The notes: a model not told the origin generated them from the letters alone. A stretch of 32,000 nt of DNA from Telmatocola sphagniphila (GCF_018398935.1 NZ_CP074694.1:4890001-4922000), one strand, 5' to 3'; shown: positions 8,832 to 17,013, counted from the stretch's first letter. Translations and numbers: made by a program.

Positions 8832-9956
8832 ATGTTCGTTACGCATTTTGGGCTGCGCCGTCGACCTTTCCGGACCACGCCGGATACCGATAGCTATTAC
8901 CCGGCTACAACGCACGAAGTGGCACTCAACGATCTCGATCGGGCCATTCGCGAACAGGAACCGATCTGCCTGCTGCGCGGCCAGACGGGTATGGGCAAAA
9001 CTTTACTCGCTCGACGACTCCTGGAACAGCAAGAAGACGAAAAGCTGCGCCGATTGCTTATCGCCAATTCGGTATTCACCGGCCGCAAGGATCTCCTTCA
9101 GACGATTCTGTTCGAACTCGGCCTGCCTTACCAGAACCTGAGCGAACAGGAAGCCCGCCTGAGCGTGACCGACGATTGTCTGAAGCATTTTCAAAAAGGT
9201 GGTCGGACGTTGATGGTGATCGATGAAGCCCATCACCTCAATACCGAATGCCTCGAAGAACTTCGACTCCTCGGGAATCTCGCGGCCAATCGCGGCGTGG
9301 CCCTGCAGATTCTGCTCGTCGCTTTACCGAGCGTCTGGAAGCGGATCGATCAGAACGGCATGGAATCCCTGCTGCAGCGATTGTCGGTTCGACCGGAGCT
9401 GCAGCCTCTGGATGAATCGGAATCGGTCGATTACATCGTGCACCAACTTCGCTGGGCGGGTGCGAAGAATCCCGATGCGCTGTTCGATGGCGAAACTCTG
9501 AATCTTTTTGCTCGGCAGGCCAGCGGCATCCCTCGCCTCCTGAGCCAGATGGCCGGTACCGCCCTGGAACTGGCCGCCGAGAACGGTCTCGACCATGTCG
9601 ATTACGAAGCGGCCACCGAAGCACTGGCACTTCTGGGTCTGGACATTGAAGATCTGGCAAACCAGCCGGTGGCGCAGCCCGATACCTTGAAGCTCCATCA
9701 GGAACCGGAAGTCGCGGTTGAACCCGAAGCGCCGGCCGAAAAACCCATCGCGCCGCGCCGGCCGACCATCGTCGCCTTCGAAGAGACCGAAGACCCCGTG
9801 GAATCGGTGCCTTACCCGGCGGAGATGGGTGACTTACGCCACAATGGCAAGCGGGTAGTTTTTCCGCCCATCGTTATCACCGACACCTTTCCGCCCAAAT
9901 ACATCTACGACGGTGATGAATGGGTCAAGGACCCCGCCGCCCGTAGTGCCAGCTAA
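8832..9956 (+). CDS. ExeA/GspA-like AAA ATPase (AAA_22-type)
   Basis: The N-terminal FGLRRRPF...P...YY...H.EAL pattern is typical of ExeA-like proteins. Walker A GQTGMGKT and Walker B LMVIDEAHHL are intact. The C-terminal tail is acidic and Pro-rich. ATG at 8832 is preceded by GGAAGG. Confidence 0.8.
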   Translation: MFVTHFGLRRRPFRTTPDTDSYYPATTHEVALNDLDRAIREQEPICLLRGQTGMGKTLLARRLLEQQEDEKLRRLLIANSVFTGRKDLLQTILFELGLPYQNLSEQEARLSVTDDCLKHFQKGGRTLMVIDEAHHLNTECLEELRLLGNLAANRGVALQILLVALPSVWKRIDQNGMESLLQRLSVRPELQPLDESESVDYIVHQLRWAGAKNPDALFDGETLNLFARQASGIPRLLSQMAGTALELAAENGLDHVDYEAATEALALLGLDIEDLANQPVAQPDTLKLHQEPEVAVEPEAPAEKPIAPRRPTIVAFEETEDPVESVPYPAEMGDLRHNGKRVVFPPIVITDTFPPKYIYDGDEWVKDPAARSAS

Positions 9957-9979
9957 AGAACTTATCCCCCGAGTCGAAA

Positions 9980-11023
9980 ATGAGTCGAACCTTTTTCGCT
10001 ATCACCGATATGTCGCACGAACCAGCGACCGCTGAGGAGGCGATCGCTCCGATCGAGCCTATCAAGCTGCCCTTGCCCGCGAAAAGGGTTCCTCCGAAGG
10101 CGGTGGTGACTCCCGCTCCCAAGCCGATGCCTAAACCGAAACCGGAAGTCGTACCTCCAGTCGATCCCGATGATATGATCATCGACGATGGTTCGGTGCC
10201 GTTCATCGAAGTGGGCGGTCCACGCCCGGCTAGCTCGATACCGATCGTTCGCAAAATCGTCGCGCCCCAACCCCAACCTTCCCCCAGCGTGGTTGCGGAA
10301 CCGGCGGCCAAAACCTACGAATACTCCCATAAACCGGTCAAATTGCTGAATGTTTCGTTCCAGCCGATGCCCGATCCAAAACTCTACAGCCCGGGCGGCA
10401 CTCCGATCGCTTCCGATCTGGTCACTTTCCATCAGCCCGCTCACCCCGTGAGCATGCAGTATCGCCAACTGCAGAATCAAATCGCTTCGCAGCTTCCCAA
10501 AGTGGATCGCGCGATGATTCTGCTGACATCCGTGCGCGGCGGTTCCGGGGCTTCGACGGCGGCTTTGAACATCGCCATCAGTCGAACGTACGAACATAAA
10601 GGTCGCGTACTGCTACTCGATGCTAATCCCGGTCAGCCGACGTTGGCGAGCCGGATCGGCTGCGCCGACCAGCCAGGCCTGAGCGAGATTCTGATTTCGG
10701 AAACGCCGTTGGGGTTATCGATTCAGCCGACGGAGATGCCGAATTTGCATCTGCTGGCCTGGGGCCGGTCCGAAAAGCATCTCACCGATGCGCACTGGGC
10801 GAAACTTCCCACGATTGTCAGTCGCTTGATGCAGCGATTCGAATGGATCATTGTGGATGGGCCACATCGGCTGGAAAGCCTGAAGCGCTGGATTGCCTTA
10901 AGCGACGGGATCTACATGGTGGTCCGCCAAGACGAATGGGATAGCCCCCATGTAGACCAGGCCCACGATGCGATTCGCAACAGCGGCGGCAAGCTCCGCG
11001 GTTGCCTGATGACGGCTGCTTAA
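9980..11023 (+). CDS. BY-kinase / MinD-ParA-like P-loop domain protein with a degenerate Walker A (predicted pseudo-ATPase) and a Pro-rich N-terminal region
   Basis: The C-terminal ~200 aa align by eye to the CpsD/Wzc catalytic domain (HQPAHPVSMQYRQLQNQI..., ILLTSVRGGSGASTAALNIAIS, GRVLLLDANPGQP, WIIVDGP, DGIYMVVRQ). The P-loop reads RGGSGAST instead of KGGxGK[ST]/PGEGKST. The gene starts 23 nt after the ExeA-like gene. Confidence 0.65.
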   Translation: MSRTFFAITDMSHEPATAEEAIAPIEPIKLPLPAKRVPPKAVVTPAPKPMPKPKPEVVPPVDPDDMIIDDGSVPFIEVGGPRPASSIPIVRKIVAPQPQPSPSVVAEPAAKTYEYSHKPVKLLNVSFQPMPDPKLYSPGGTPIASDLVTFHQPAHPVSMQYRQLQNQIASQLPKVDRAMILLTSVRGGSGASTAALNIAISRTYEHKGRVLLLDANPGQPTLASRIGCADQPGLSEILISETPLGLSIQPTEMPNLHLLAWGRSEKHLTDAHWAKLPTIVSRLMQRFEWIIVDGPHRLESLKRWIALSDGIYMVVRQDEWDSPHVDQAHDAIRNSGGKLRGCLMTAA

Positions 11024-11163
11024 ATTTTAGTTGATAAATACTACAGAAATTTATTTTCGAACGTTGGAGCCGCCTCCTCTGACGAGTTTCAGGGCATTTT
11101 CCTTGGTTTTTCAGACAATACCAATAAATTCTATTTTAAATTTTGCGCGAAGTTAATATAAAA

Positions 11164-11194
11164 AATCCTTAAGCATTTCTGCTCCTTGAGGATT
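11164..11194 (+). promoter_or_regulatory. 5' leader hairpin that includes the Shine-Dalgarno of the third DUF1559 gene
   Basis: aatccttaag (11164-11173) pairs with cttgaggatt (11185-11194): 10 bp with one G-U and an 11-nt loop. The GAGGA at 11188-11192 is inside the 3' arm, and the ATG is at 11199. Confidence 0.4.
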
Positions 11195-11198
11195 ATTT

Positions 11199-12131
11199 AT
11201 GCGCTCTCCCCGCTCTCCGAAGGCATTTACGTTAATTGAGTTACTGGTGGTCATCGCGATAATCGCGATTCTCATTGGCTTGTTGCTCCCCGCCGTCCAA
11301 AAAGTACGGGAGGCAGCCGCCCGTATGAAATGCTCGAACAATCTGAAACAATACGGATTGGCGATGCATAATTTTCACGATGCTCAGGGCTCCCTGCCTC
11401 CGGCCTCGTTCACCACTCCGGTCCGGACGAGCTGGCTTCCCTACATTTGGCCGTATCTGGAAATGGGAAATGTGGCGGCCAAGTACGATTTCACGCAACC
11501 GTTTTACGCGTCGCCAAATACGATCGTCAGCACACTGAATGGACCGTATGCCGCCACCTCGCCGGTTTATTATTGCCCGAGCGATCGTGGGTCGGCCTGT
11601 TATGCCCAGGGGGATATCTATTGGCGGGCGCGAGGCAACTACGTGGTCAACTGGGGACCGATCCGCCAGCCGAGTCCTACCCCGGTGCCCTCTTTCAGCG
11701 CTCCGTTCGGCTACACCGATCACGTTAGCCGATCCCAGCCGCTGAAGACGAAATTCACCAGCATTACCGATGGACTATCCAACACGCTACTGATGTCCGA
11801 ACAGATCATTCATACCGTGGATAACCAAGCCGATTGGCGGGGGGACTTCCTGAATGATGATGAACAGACCGGTAAATTCATGACGATCAACTTGCCGAAT
11901 GGCGGGATCGATGAGGTGAAATCCTCGGCCTATTGCTTCAATCAGCCGGCACAGGGTCTGCCCTGTACCTCGTCCGCCAATGGTCAGGTGGCGGCTCGAA
12001 GTCGTCACACGGGTGGGGTGAATGTCGTGCTGTGCGATGGTTCTGTGCAGTTCATCCGGAATTCCATCGATCTGCAGGTATGGCAGGGCATGAGTACCAT
12101 GAACGGTGGCGAAATCGTATCTCCCAATTGA
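11199..12131 (+). CDS. DUF1559 / H-X9-DG family protein with prepilin-type N-terminal motif
   Basis: N-terminus [55 protein letters not shown]-terminal [17 protein letters not shown]. Confidence 0.9.
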   Translation: MRSPRSPKAFTLIELLVVIAIIAILIGLLLPAVQKVREAAARMKCSNNLKQYGLAMHNFHDAQGSLPPASFTTPVRTSWLPYIWPYLEMGNVAAKYDFTQPFYASPNTIVSTLNGPYAATSPVYYCPSDRGSACYAQGDIYWRARGNYVVNWGPIRQPSPTPVPSFSAPFGYTDHVSRSQPLKTKFTSITDGLSNTLLMSEQIIHTVDNQADWRGDFLNDDEQTGKFMTINLPNGGIDEVKSSAYCFNQPAQGLPCTSSANGQVAARSRHTGGVNVVLCDGSVQFIRNSIDLQVWQGMSTMNGGEIVSPN

Positions 12132-12197
12132 TCCTTTCGATAAAAATTATCGCCCAATATTTCCTTCTCGAACCCAACTCCCCGGAAGTGCGCCGAT

Positions 12198-12599
12198 ATG
12201 AAGTTTTTGACAGGATATTCTTTCGCGTTTCTCGCTTTAGCGACTCTCGCGTGCGGTTGTTCGAACGAGCCTGGAACGCTGGAAGTCAAAGGAAAAGTGA
12301 CTCTCGACTCTCAGGCTATTCCGGAAGGTCGCATCCGATTCTCGCCGACGGACGGTGGTAAGGCTCCGGCCGAGGGTCTTATCAACTACGGAAGCTATTC
12401 GTTCCGCGTTCTGCCAGGAAAGTACAAGGTGGAAATTACCAGTCCGAAACCGAAGATCGACCCGAAAGTCAAAAAGGTCGGACCGGGAAATGATGAAGTC
12501 GTGGAGACGATCCCCACCAAGTACAATTACAATACGGAACTTGCGGTGGAAATCGGCTCCGGAAAGTTGGAGCACAATTTCGATTTAAAATCGAAGTAA
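12198..12599 (+). CDS. Small lipoprotein, DUF1559-associated (paralog of 7274-7711)
   Basis: Signal plus lipobox LATLACGCS. Contains VKGKVTLD, GRIRFSPTDGG, GKYKVEI and the C-terminal NFDLKSK shared with the 7274-7711 product. Confidence 0.7.
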   Translation: MKFLTGYSFAFLALATLACGCSNEPGTLEVKGKVTLDSQAIPEGRIRFSPTDGGKAPAEGLINYGSYSFRVLPGKYKVEITSPKPKIDPKVKKVGPGNDEVVETIPTKYNYNTELAVEIGSGKLEHNFDLKSK

Positions 12600-12616
12600 A
12601 TCAGATCGCTTGCAAA

Positions 12617-12645
12617 GCTCGACGAATATTCGTCATTCGTCGAGC
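12617..12645. terminator. Stem-loop between convergent genes
   Basis: 11-bp stem gctcgacgaat (12617-12627) with attcgtcgagc (12635-12645) and a 7-nt loop, followed by caatttt. It lies between the stop at 12599 (+) and the stop at 12652 (-). Confidence 0.6.
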
Positions 12646-12651
12646 CAATTT

Positions 12652-13623
12652 TCACTTCTTCTGCGATCCGTCCAAATCCTTCAAAGTCAGACTGATGTTA
12701 CATTTCTCCTCGGTATCGGCGAGGATCTTCTTCGCCAGTACCTGATTGACCGGCGCTAAAACACTGAAGTGACTGACTCGAGGCACCAGGAGGAACTGGA
12801 TCTGCGAATTCTTGCTGAGCTTCGACAGGACATTCAAGGCCGTTCCATTGCCCTGCACGGCTCCTTCGATCACAAAAGTGGGCTTTTGAATCCCGGCCAG
12901 CCAGAGGCTGGGCGCTCGCAAATCAAATTCCTTGGTATTGACCGGACTAACCGGGGGTGCAAACTCAGGCGGATAACCTCGGGTATCGGCCGCCGGTCCG
13001 AACGAGAAGACCGCCCGGAACTTGTCGGTATATTCGGAAACCAGCAGCACCAGCGTCCCTCCGGTGCTGTGGCCGCCGAGATAAATCCGATTTGGATCGA
13101 CGTATTCGATCTTCGCGAGATAATCGTAGGCGGCGACGACATCATCCACTTCGCCGTAAAACCCCTCTCGATAGCCAGGATTTTTGTTCCCGCCTCGCAG
13201 CGAAGGAAACATCATGACGATTCCGGCTTTGCGGTACTGTCCGGCCGTCTGATCATCATTCGCCGGTTGGGCTTTCCAGACATCGCCGATGGTGTTGCAA
13301 TCGCCGCCGGTGATCCAGATGATCGCCGGGTGCTTTTTACCATCCTTGGGATCGGGGGTCAGGTAGGCCGCCAGATTGCCGACCGCCGCGGGGTATTCAA
13401 TTTGCTGAAAATCCTTCGGCGGCGGCGCCTCAACGGGTTCATTCGACTTTTCCTGCCGCACTAATTGCGTTTTGAAGTCGCGCCGAGCCTCCGCCAACGA
13501 CTTCGGAGGCGCGGTATTGCCGGGGTTCGGGGCGGCGGCTGCGGGGTTTGGGCCCGGGTCTTTCGAGTTGCAGCCGGCCAGCAACGAAGCGGCCAACCCG
13601 ACGACCAACAGATATCGGGGCAT
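12652..13623 (-). CDS. Alpha/beta hydrolase lipoprotein (S9 peptidase / dienelactone hydrolase-like)
   Basis: Lipobox LLAGCN. Nucleophile elbow GGHSTGG. The HPAIIWITGG...MMFPSLRGG...YGEVDDVVAAYDYL pattern is typical of prolyl-oligopeptidase-type alpha/beta hydrolases. Confidence 0.75.
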   Translation of the reverse strand: MPRYLLVVGLAASLLAGCNSKDPGPNPAAAAPNPGNTAPPKSLAEARRDFKTQLVRQEKSNEPVEAPPPKDFQQIEYPAAVGNLAAYLTPDPKDGKKHPAIIWITGGDCNTIGDVWKAQPANDDQTAGQYRKAGIVMMFPSLRGGNKNPGYREGFYGEVDDVVAAYDYLAKIEYVDPNRIYLGGHSTGGTLVLLVSEYTDKFRAVFSFGPAADTRGYPPEFAPPVSPVNTKEFDLRAPSLWLAGIQKPTFVIEGAVQGNGTALNVLSKLSKNSQIQFLLVPRVSHFSVLAPVNQVLAKKILADTEEKCNISLTLKDLDGSQKK

Positions 13624-13686
13624 GGAGAGGTACTCTTTTTGAGGTAACAGTCTGGAAGTCGTAAATAGGGCGAATCCGAACCGATT

Positions 13687-14664
13687 CTACTCGCTCGGGT
13701 AGAGCGGTGTCGACAGATATCTTTCACCGAGGTCAGGCAGTACAACCACGATCATCTTGCCGGCATTCTCCGGCCGCTTCGCCACTTGCACCGCGGCGTG
13801 AGCCGCCGCCCCGCAACTGATGCCGCAGAGCATGCCTTCTTCTTTGGCCAGTCGCCGGGCCATCTCGAAAGATTCATCATCGGTCACCTGGAAGACTTCA
13901 TCCAGAATGCTGATGTTGAGGTTGCCGGGAATGAAACCGGCCCCGATCCCCTGAATCCGGTGGGGAGCCGGTTTCAATTCCTGACCGGCCATTTTCTGGG
14001 TGATGACCGGGCTGCTGACCGGTTCGACGGCGATGGCCTTGACGGAGGGCTTGCGAGCCTTCAGCACTTCCGCGCACCCGGTAATGGTGCCCCCGGTGCC
14101 GACGCCGCAGACCAGAATGTCGACCTTGCCGCCGGAGTCTTTCCAAATCTCTTCCGCAGTCGTTTTGCGGTGAATTTCCGGGTTGGCGGGATTCTTAAAC
14201 TGTTGGGGGATGAAGGCTTTCGGCTCGCCGCCCATTTCGTTGAAAAGTCGTTCGGCCTCGGCCACCGCACCGCTCATCCCTCGTTCGCGGGGCGTCAGTA
14301 CCAGTTCGGCTCCGAAGGCCTTCAGGAGCCGACGGCGTTCGAGCGACATGCTTTCGGGCATCGTTACCATTAATTTGTAGCCGCGAGCGGCACAGGTAAA
14401 GGCGAGACCGATCCCGGTGTTGCCCGAGGTCGGTTCGATAATGACCGTGCCCGGCTGGATCTTGCCGCGCTTCTCGGCATCGTCGATCATGGCTACACCG
14501 ATGCGGTCTTTGACGGACCATAGGGGATTGAAGTTTTCGAGCTTGGCGACCACCGTCGCCTTGGCATCCCCGACTACCCGCCGCAGCTTGATCAGCGGCG
14601 TATTTCCTACACATTGGGTAATATCATCGTAAATTCGCCCGCGGGAGAAGGTGGCATCAGCCAT
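13687..14664 (-). CDS. cysK: Cysteine synthase A (O-acetylserine sulfhydrylase)
   Basis: [20 protein letters not shown] (PLP lysine context), [29 protein letters not shown]: the complete CysK/CysM fold-type II PLP pattern. AAGGA lies upstream of the ATG. Confidence 0.93.
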   Translation of the reverse strand: MADATFSRGRIYDDITQCVGNTPLIKLRRVVGDAKATVVAKLENFNPLWSVKDRIGVAMIDDAEKRGKIQPGTVIIEPTSGNTGIGLAFTCAARGYKLMVTMPESMSLERRRLLKAFGAELVLTPRERGMSGAVAEAERLFNEMGGEPKAFIPQQFKNPANPEIHRKTTAEEIWKDSGGKVDILVCGVGTGGTITGCAEVLKARKPSVKAIAVEPVSSPVITQKMAGQELKPAPHRIQGIGAGFIPGNLNISILDEVFQVTDDESFEMARRLAKEEGMLCGISCGAAAHAAVQVAKRPENAGKMIVVVLPDLGERYLSTPLYPSE

Positions 14665-14769
14665 GGAAAATCCTTTATGACTAGTCGAGCCTGCATATTT
14701 TCTAGTGGCTAAAGATTATCAAAAAAGTGATAAAAAGTGAACAGCAAATCAAATTCTGATTCTTGAATG

Positions 14770-15111
14770 TCAAGTCGGGGGCAATTCTTGGGGAGTTAGT
14801 GGTTGAGACGAATCGGTGATGTAGCGATCGTAGTTCTCGGTCGGTTCGACCGTCGGATCGTAATCGTGGAGGGTGTAACCCTGATCGAAGACTTGTTGTA
14901 GAGTACCGTTGTTCCAGAAGCTGGAATAGAGGTAAGCATCATCCGGGCGTGTTGAATTGGAAGAGAAGTCCCCGTCCGCGTATAGCCAATAGACACAGAT
15001 GGCGAAAAGCAATCCGCCGATCAGCCAGGCCCAGAAGGTGGTTTCGTCGACCATGATCCAAGCATGGCACAGGATGGGAAGGGAGGCAAGAAGGCCGTCA
15101 AGAACTAGCAT
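14770..15111 (-). CDS. Hypothetical small membrane protein (1-2 TM helices plus an acidic/aromatic tail), possible third gene of the ATPase-TOPRIM islet
   Basis: Hydrophobic segments MLVLDGLLASLPILCHAWI and TFWAWLIGGLLFAICVYWLY are followed by a polar tail. The start is ambiguous (TTG 15186, ATG 15111, ATG 15054). With 15111 it overlaps the upstream gene's stop by 14 nt. I see no recognisable family and no clear RBS. Confidence 0.35.
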   Translation of the reverse strand: MLVLDGLLASLPILCHAWIMVDETTFWAWLIGGLLFAICVYWLYADGDFSSNSTRPDDAYLYSSFWNNGTLQQVFDQGYTLHDYDPTVEPTENYDRYITDSSQPLTPQELPPT

Positions 15112-15769
15112 TAACGGGTAGAATAGGACTGACGATATGATAATTTCCCGCAACCGCCCTCGAAAGTTCGAGTAAAGCGTTCTCAAAGCGTTGGAAAGAC
15201 CGCATTCTTTGAGCAGCGCTCCAATCGGATATCTGGCGGGTCAATTCCACTTGCTGGCTGGCCTCGGAATAACCGCCATTCAAATTTTCCCGCAGCCACT
15301 TTTTGGCATCTCGTGGCGCATCTTCCGCATTCGGCGGGAGTTCAATACCCAACTTAAGTAGAGAAAATTGTGCGGCGGAGGCGATCAGAAAGGATTCATA
15401 TTCCTGAAGTAAAAATACGACTGCGAACGAAAATTTTTCTCCCGCGGCGGCTTGCTTCGCCCGCTCGGCTAATAAACGGGCTACCGTGACTTGACAGAAA
15501 GGAGCTTTTTCAAACTTTTTGTGATCCCCATCCAGAACGAGCAGTATTGCCCCCAAGTCGGTCTGTTTTGCAGCCGTCTTCAGATAGCGCAAGAATTTTT
15601 CGCCATTATTCGCGGCAAGATTTTCCAGGCCTCCCACTCGAAAAGCATTGCTGTCAACAAATAACGCGTGTCGATACTCTTCGGGCAAATTCGTTTGCCG
15701 ATTCCCAACAAGAGCGGGCATGGACGTAGCTTCGCTATATCCCTCGCAAAATATAACCAATCGTTTCAT
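15098..15769 (-). CDS. DUF4276-like protein (predicted TOPRIM-fold nuclease partner of the upstream ATPase)
   Basis: The ATG at 15769 is 4 nt after the ATPase stop at 15774. N-terminus MKRLVIFCEGYSE (conserved Glu), then LLVLDGDH (DxD) and QEYESFL, then a ...KKWL...GYSE...RSFQRFENAL tail. This matches my recollection of DUF4276 and the TOPRIM E...DxD logic. The track ORF start at 15865 would overlap the ATPase gene. Confidence 0.6.
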   Translation of the reverse strand: MKRLVIFCEGYSEATSMPALVGNRQTNLPEEYRHALFVDSNAFRVGGLENLAANNGEKFLRYLKTAAKQTDLGAILLVLDGDHKKFEKAPFCQVTVARLLAERAKQAAAGEKFSFAVVFLLQEYESFLIASAAQFSLLKLGIELPPNAEDAPRDAKKWLRENLNGGYSEASQQVELTRQISDWSAAQRMRSFQRFENALLELSRAVAGNYHIVSPILPVNASS

Positions 15770-15773
15770 GGGC

Positions 15774-16883
15774 TCAGGGGCTGTTTGTAGCCAAATCGGC
15801 AACTCGTGCGGCATCCACCGTAAGCAACTCGCCAGGAATAAGCAATTTTTCTTTAAGAGATTCAAACTGCTCGGGTGCTAGCTTTCCAATCCGGGTTTCC
15901 TGATTCACGATCTCGACAACTCGAATCTGTTCAGGCTCGAAATAATCCAAAAGTTGCGGACTATGAGTCGTTATGATGATTTGTCCTCGACCACGACCCA
16001 CATGGTTTTGGAATTCGTTGGCTAGCCCCTGCAGAGCGCTTGGATGAATCCCCATTTCGGGATGCTCGAAAATCAAAACATCTTTGGAGGGATTCTGATA
16101 GACCGCTAGCAAATGGGCTAAATAGCGGCGATATCCTTCGGATTCTTGAGCAACATCCTGGAAAATTTCATTTTCGTGATCACGGTAACCCACCACTAGT
16201 AGTGATCTTTTTTCACTTTGATCAATTTTCAAAGAAGTCGAATTGGGATTAATCAGCCGCATGGTGCCCTTTATTGAATCCCAAGCATATGGCTCGCTGG
16301 AATTTTCATAAATGGTACGAGCTGTATCCTGATAATTTACGCCACGATCAACGAATCCAGCCTCCGGAATCTGTCGCGAAGGCACATTCGTCTGCTCTAG
16401 GACGTTTCCCGGGAAATCATAACAGCCGATCTGTTGTGTCAGATACTTAAAAGCAAAAGTGCTCGCTCTAAGTTCAGTATGATTTCCAAGTTCTAAGCGA
16501 GGTTTGTTACTATTTTCAAAAATGAAATCGCCATTTTGTTGGAGTGCTTCGCTCAATATTGAAATCCCGCTTCCTTCAGATTTCAAAACCAAATAGTAGT
16601 TCTGTTCTCCTTTCAGTCGGGGGATAGTGTAACTTACGTCGATTGACTGCTCGAGAGGCTGAGTGCCGTTTTGCTTATTCTGAAAATTCCTACCCGGTCG
16701 ATTGGCCACATCCGAAATAAAAGAAAGGTTTCGCGACTGGAGAGTCTGTCGCAGCGCCCGAATCGCCTTCACGAAGTTGCTCTTCCCCGTGCCACTTCGG
16801 CCGATCAGGACCGTCAGCGGCTCGAGTTCCACAGTTACATCGTGCAGACTGCGAAAATTCTGAATCCGAATCTTGCGAATCAT
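15774..16883 (-). CDS. ABC/SMC-like ATPase of the AAA_21/AAA_15 (OLD / AriA / PtuA-like) type
   Basis: N-terminus MIRKIRIQNFRSLHDVTVELEPLTVLIGRSGTGKSNFVKAI (RecF/OLD-type head with Walker A). Signature-like ESEGYRRYLAHL. Walker B region DVLIFEHPEMGIHP. H-loop IIITTHSPQLL. The gene is visibly AT-rich relative to its neighbours. Confidence 0.8.
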   Translation of the reverse strand: MIRKIRIQNFRSLHDVTVELEPLTVLIGRSGTGKSNFVKAIRALRQTLQSRNLSFISDVANRPGRNFQNKQNGTQPLEQSIDVSYTIPRLKGEQNYYLVLKSEGSGISILSEALQQNGDFIFENSNKPRLELGNHTELRASTFAFKYLTQQIGCYDFPGNVLEQTNVPSRQIPEAGFVDRGVNYQDTARTIYENSSEPYAWDSIKGTMRLINPNSTSLKIDQSEKRSLLVVGYRDHENEIFQDVAQESEGYRRYLAHLLAVYQNPSKDVLIFEHPEMGIHPSALQGLANEFQNHVGRGRGQIIITTHSPQLLDYFEPEQIRVVEIVNQETRIGKLAPEQFESLKEKLLIPGELLTVDAARVADLATNSP

Positions 16884-17013
16884 GTAGCAAATCCCCTATT
16901 CCCTTATTTTGCCGTACTTTAAGCCCTCTGTCACTACCATTTCCCAACGGGACTAACTAAAGTCCTGCCTTTCACCATCGCCCTGCACCCGCCTGGGTCT
17001 TAAACTGACGGAT

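Noticed and set aside
8618-9141. Small ORFs (91, 163 and 81 aa) in and around the TPR / ExeA-like intergenic region
   Set aside because: They have no RBS, a biased composition, and overlap one another and the ExeA-like gene start. The region is more simply a 325-bp divergent promoter region.
14743-16893. 8-nt direct repeat AGCAAATC flanking the low-GC islet (14743-14750 and 16886-16893) as possible insertion scars. A local tandem aaaaagtga x2 also occurs at 14722-14740.
   Set aside because: An 8-mer shared between two ~100-130-nt spacers is close to chance expectation (roughly 0.2 by a simple estimate). No integrase, tRNA or longer att-like repeat is present. I do not claim target-site duplication.
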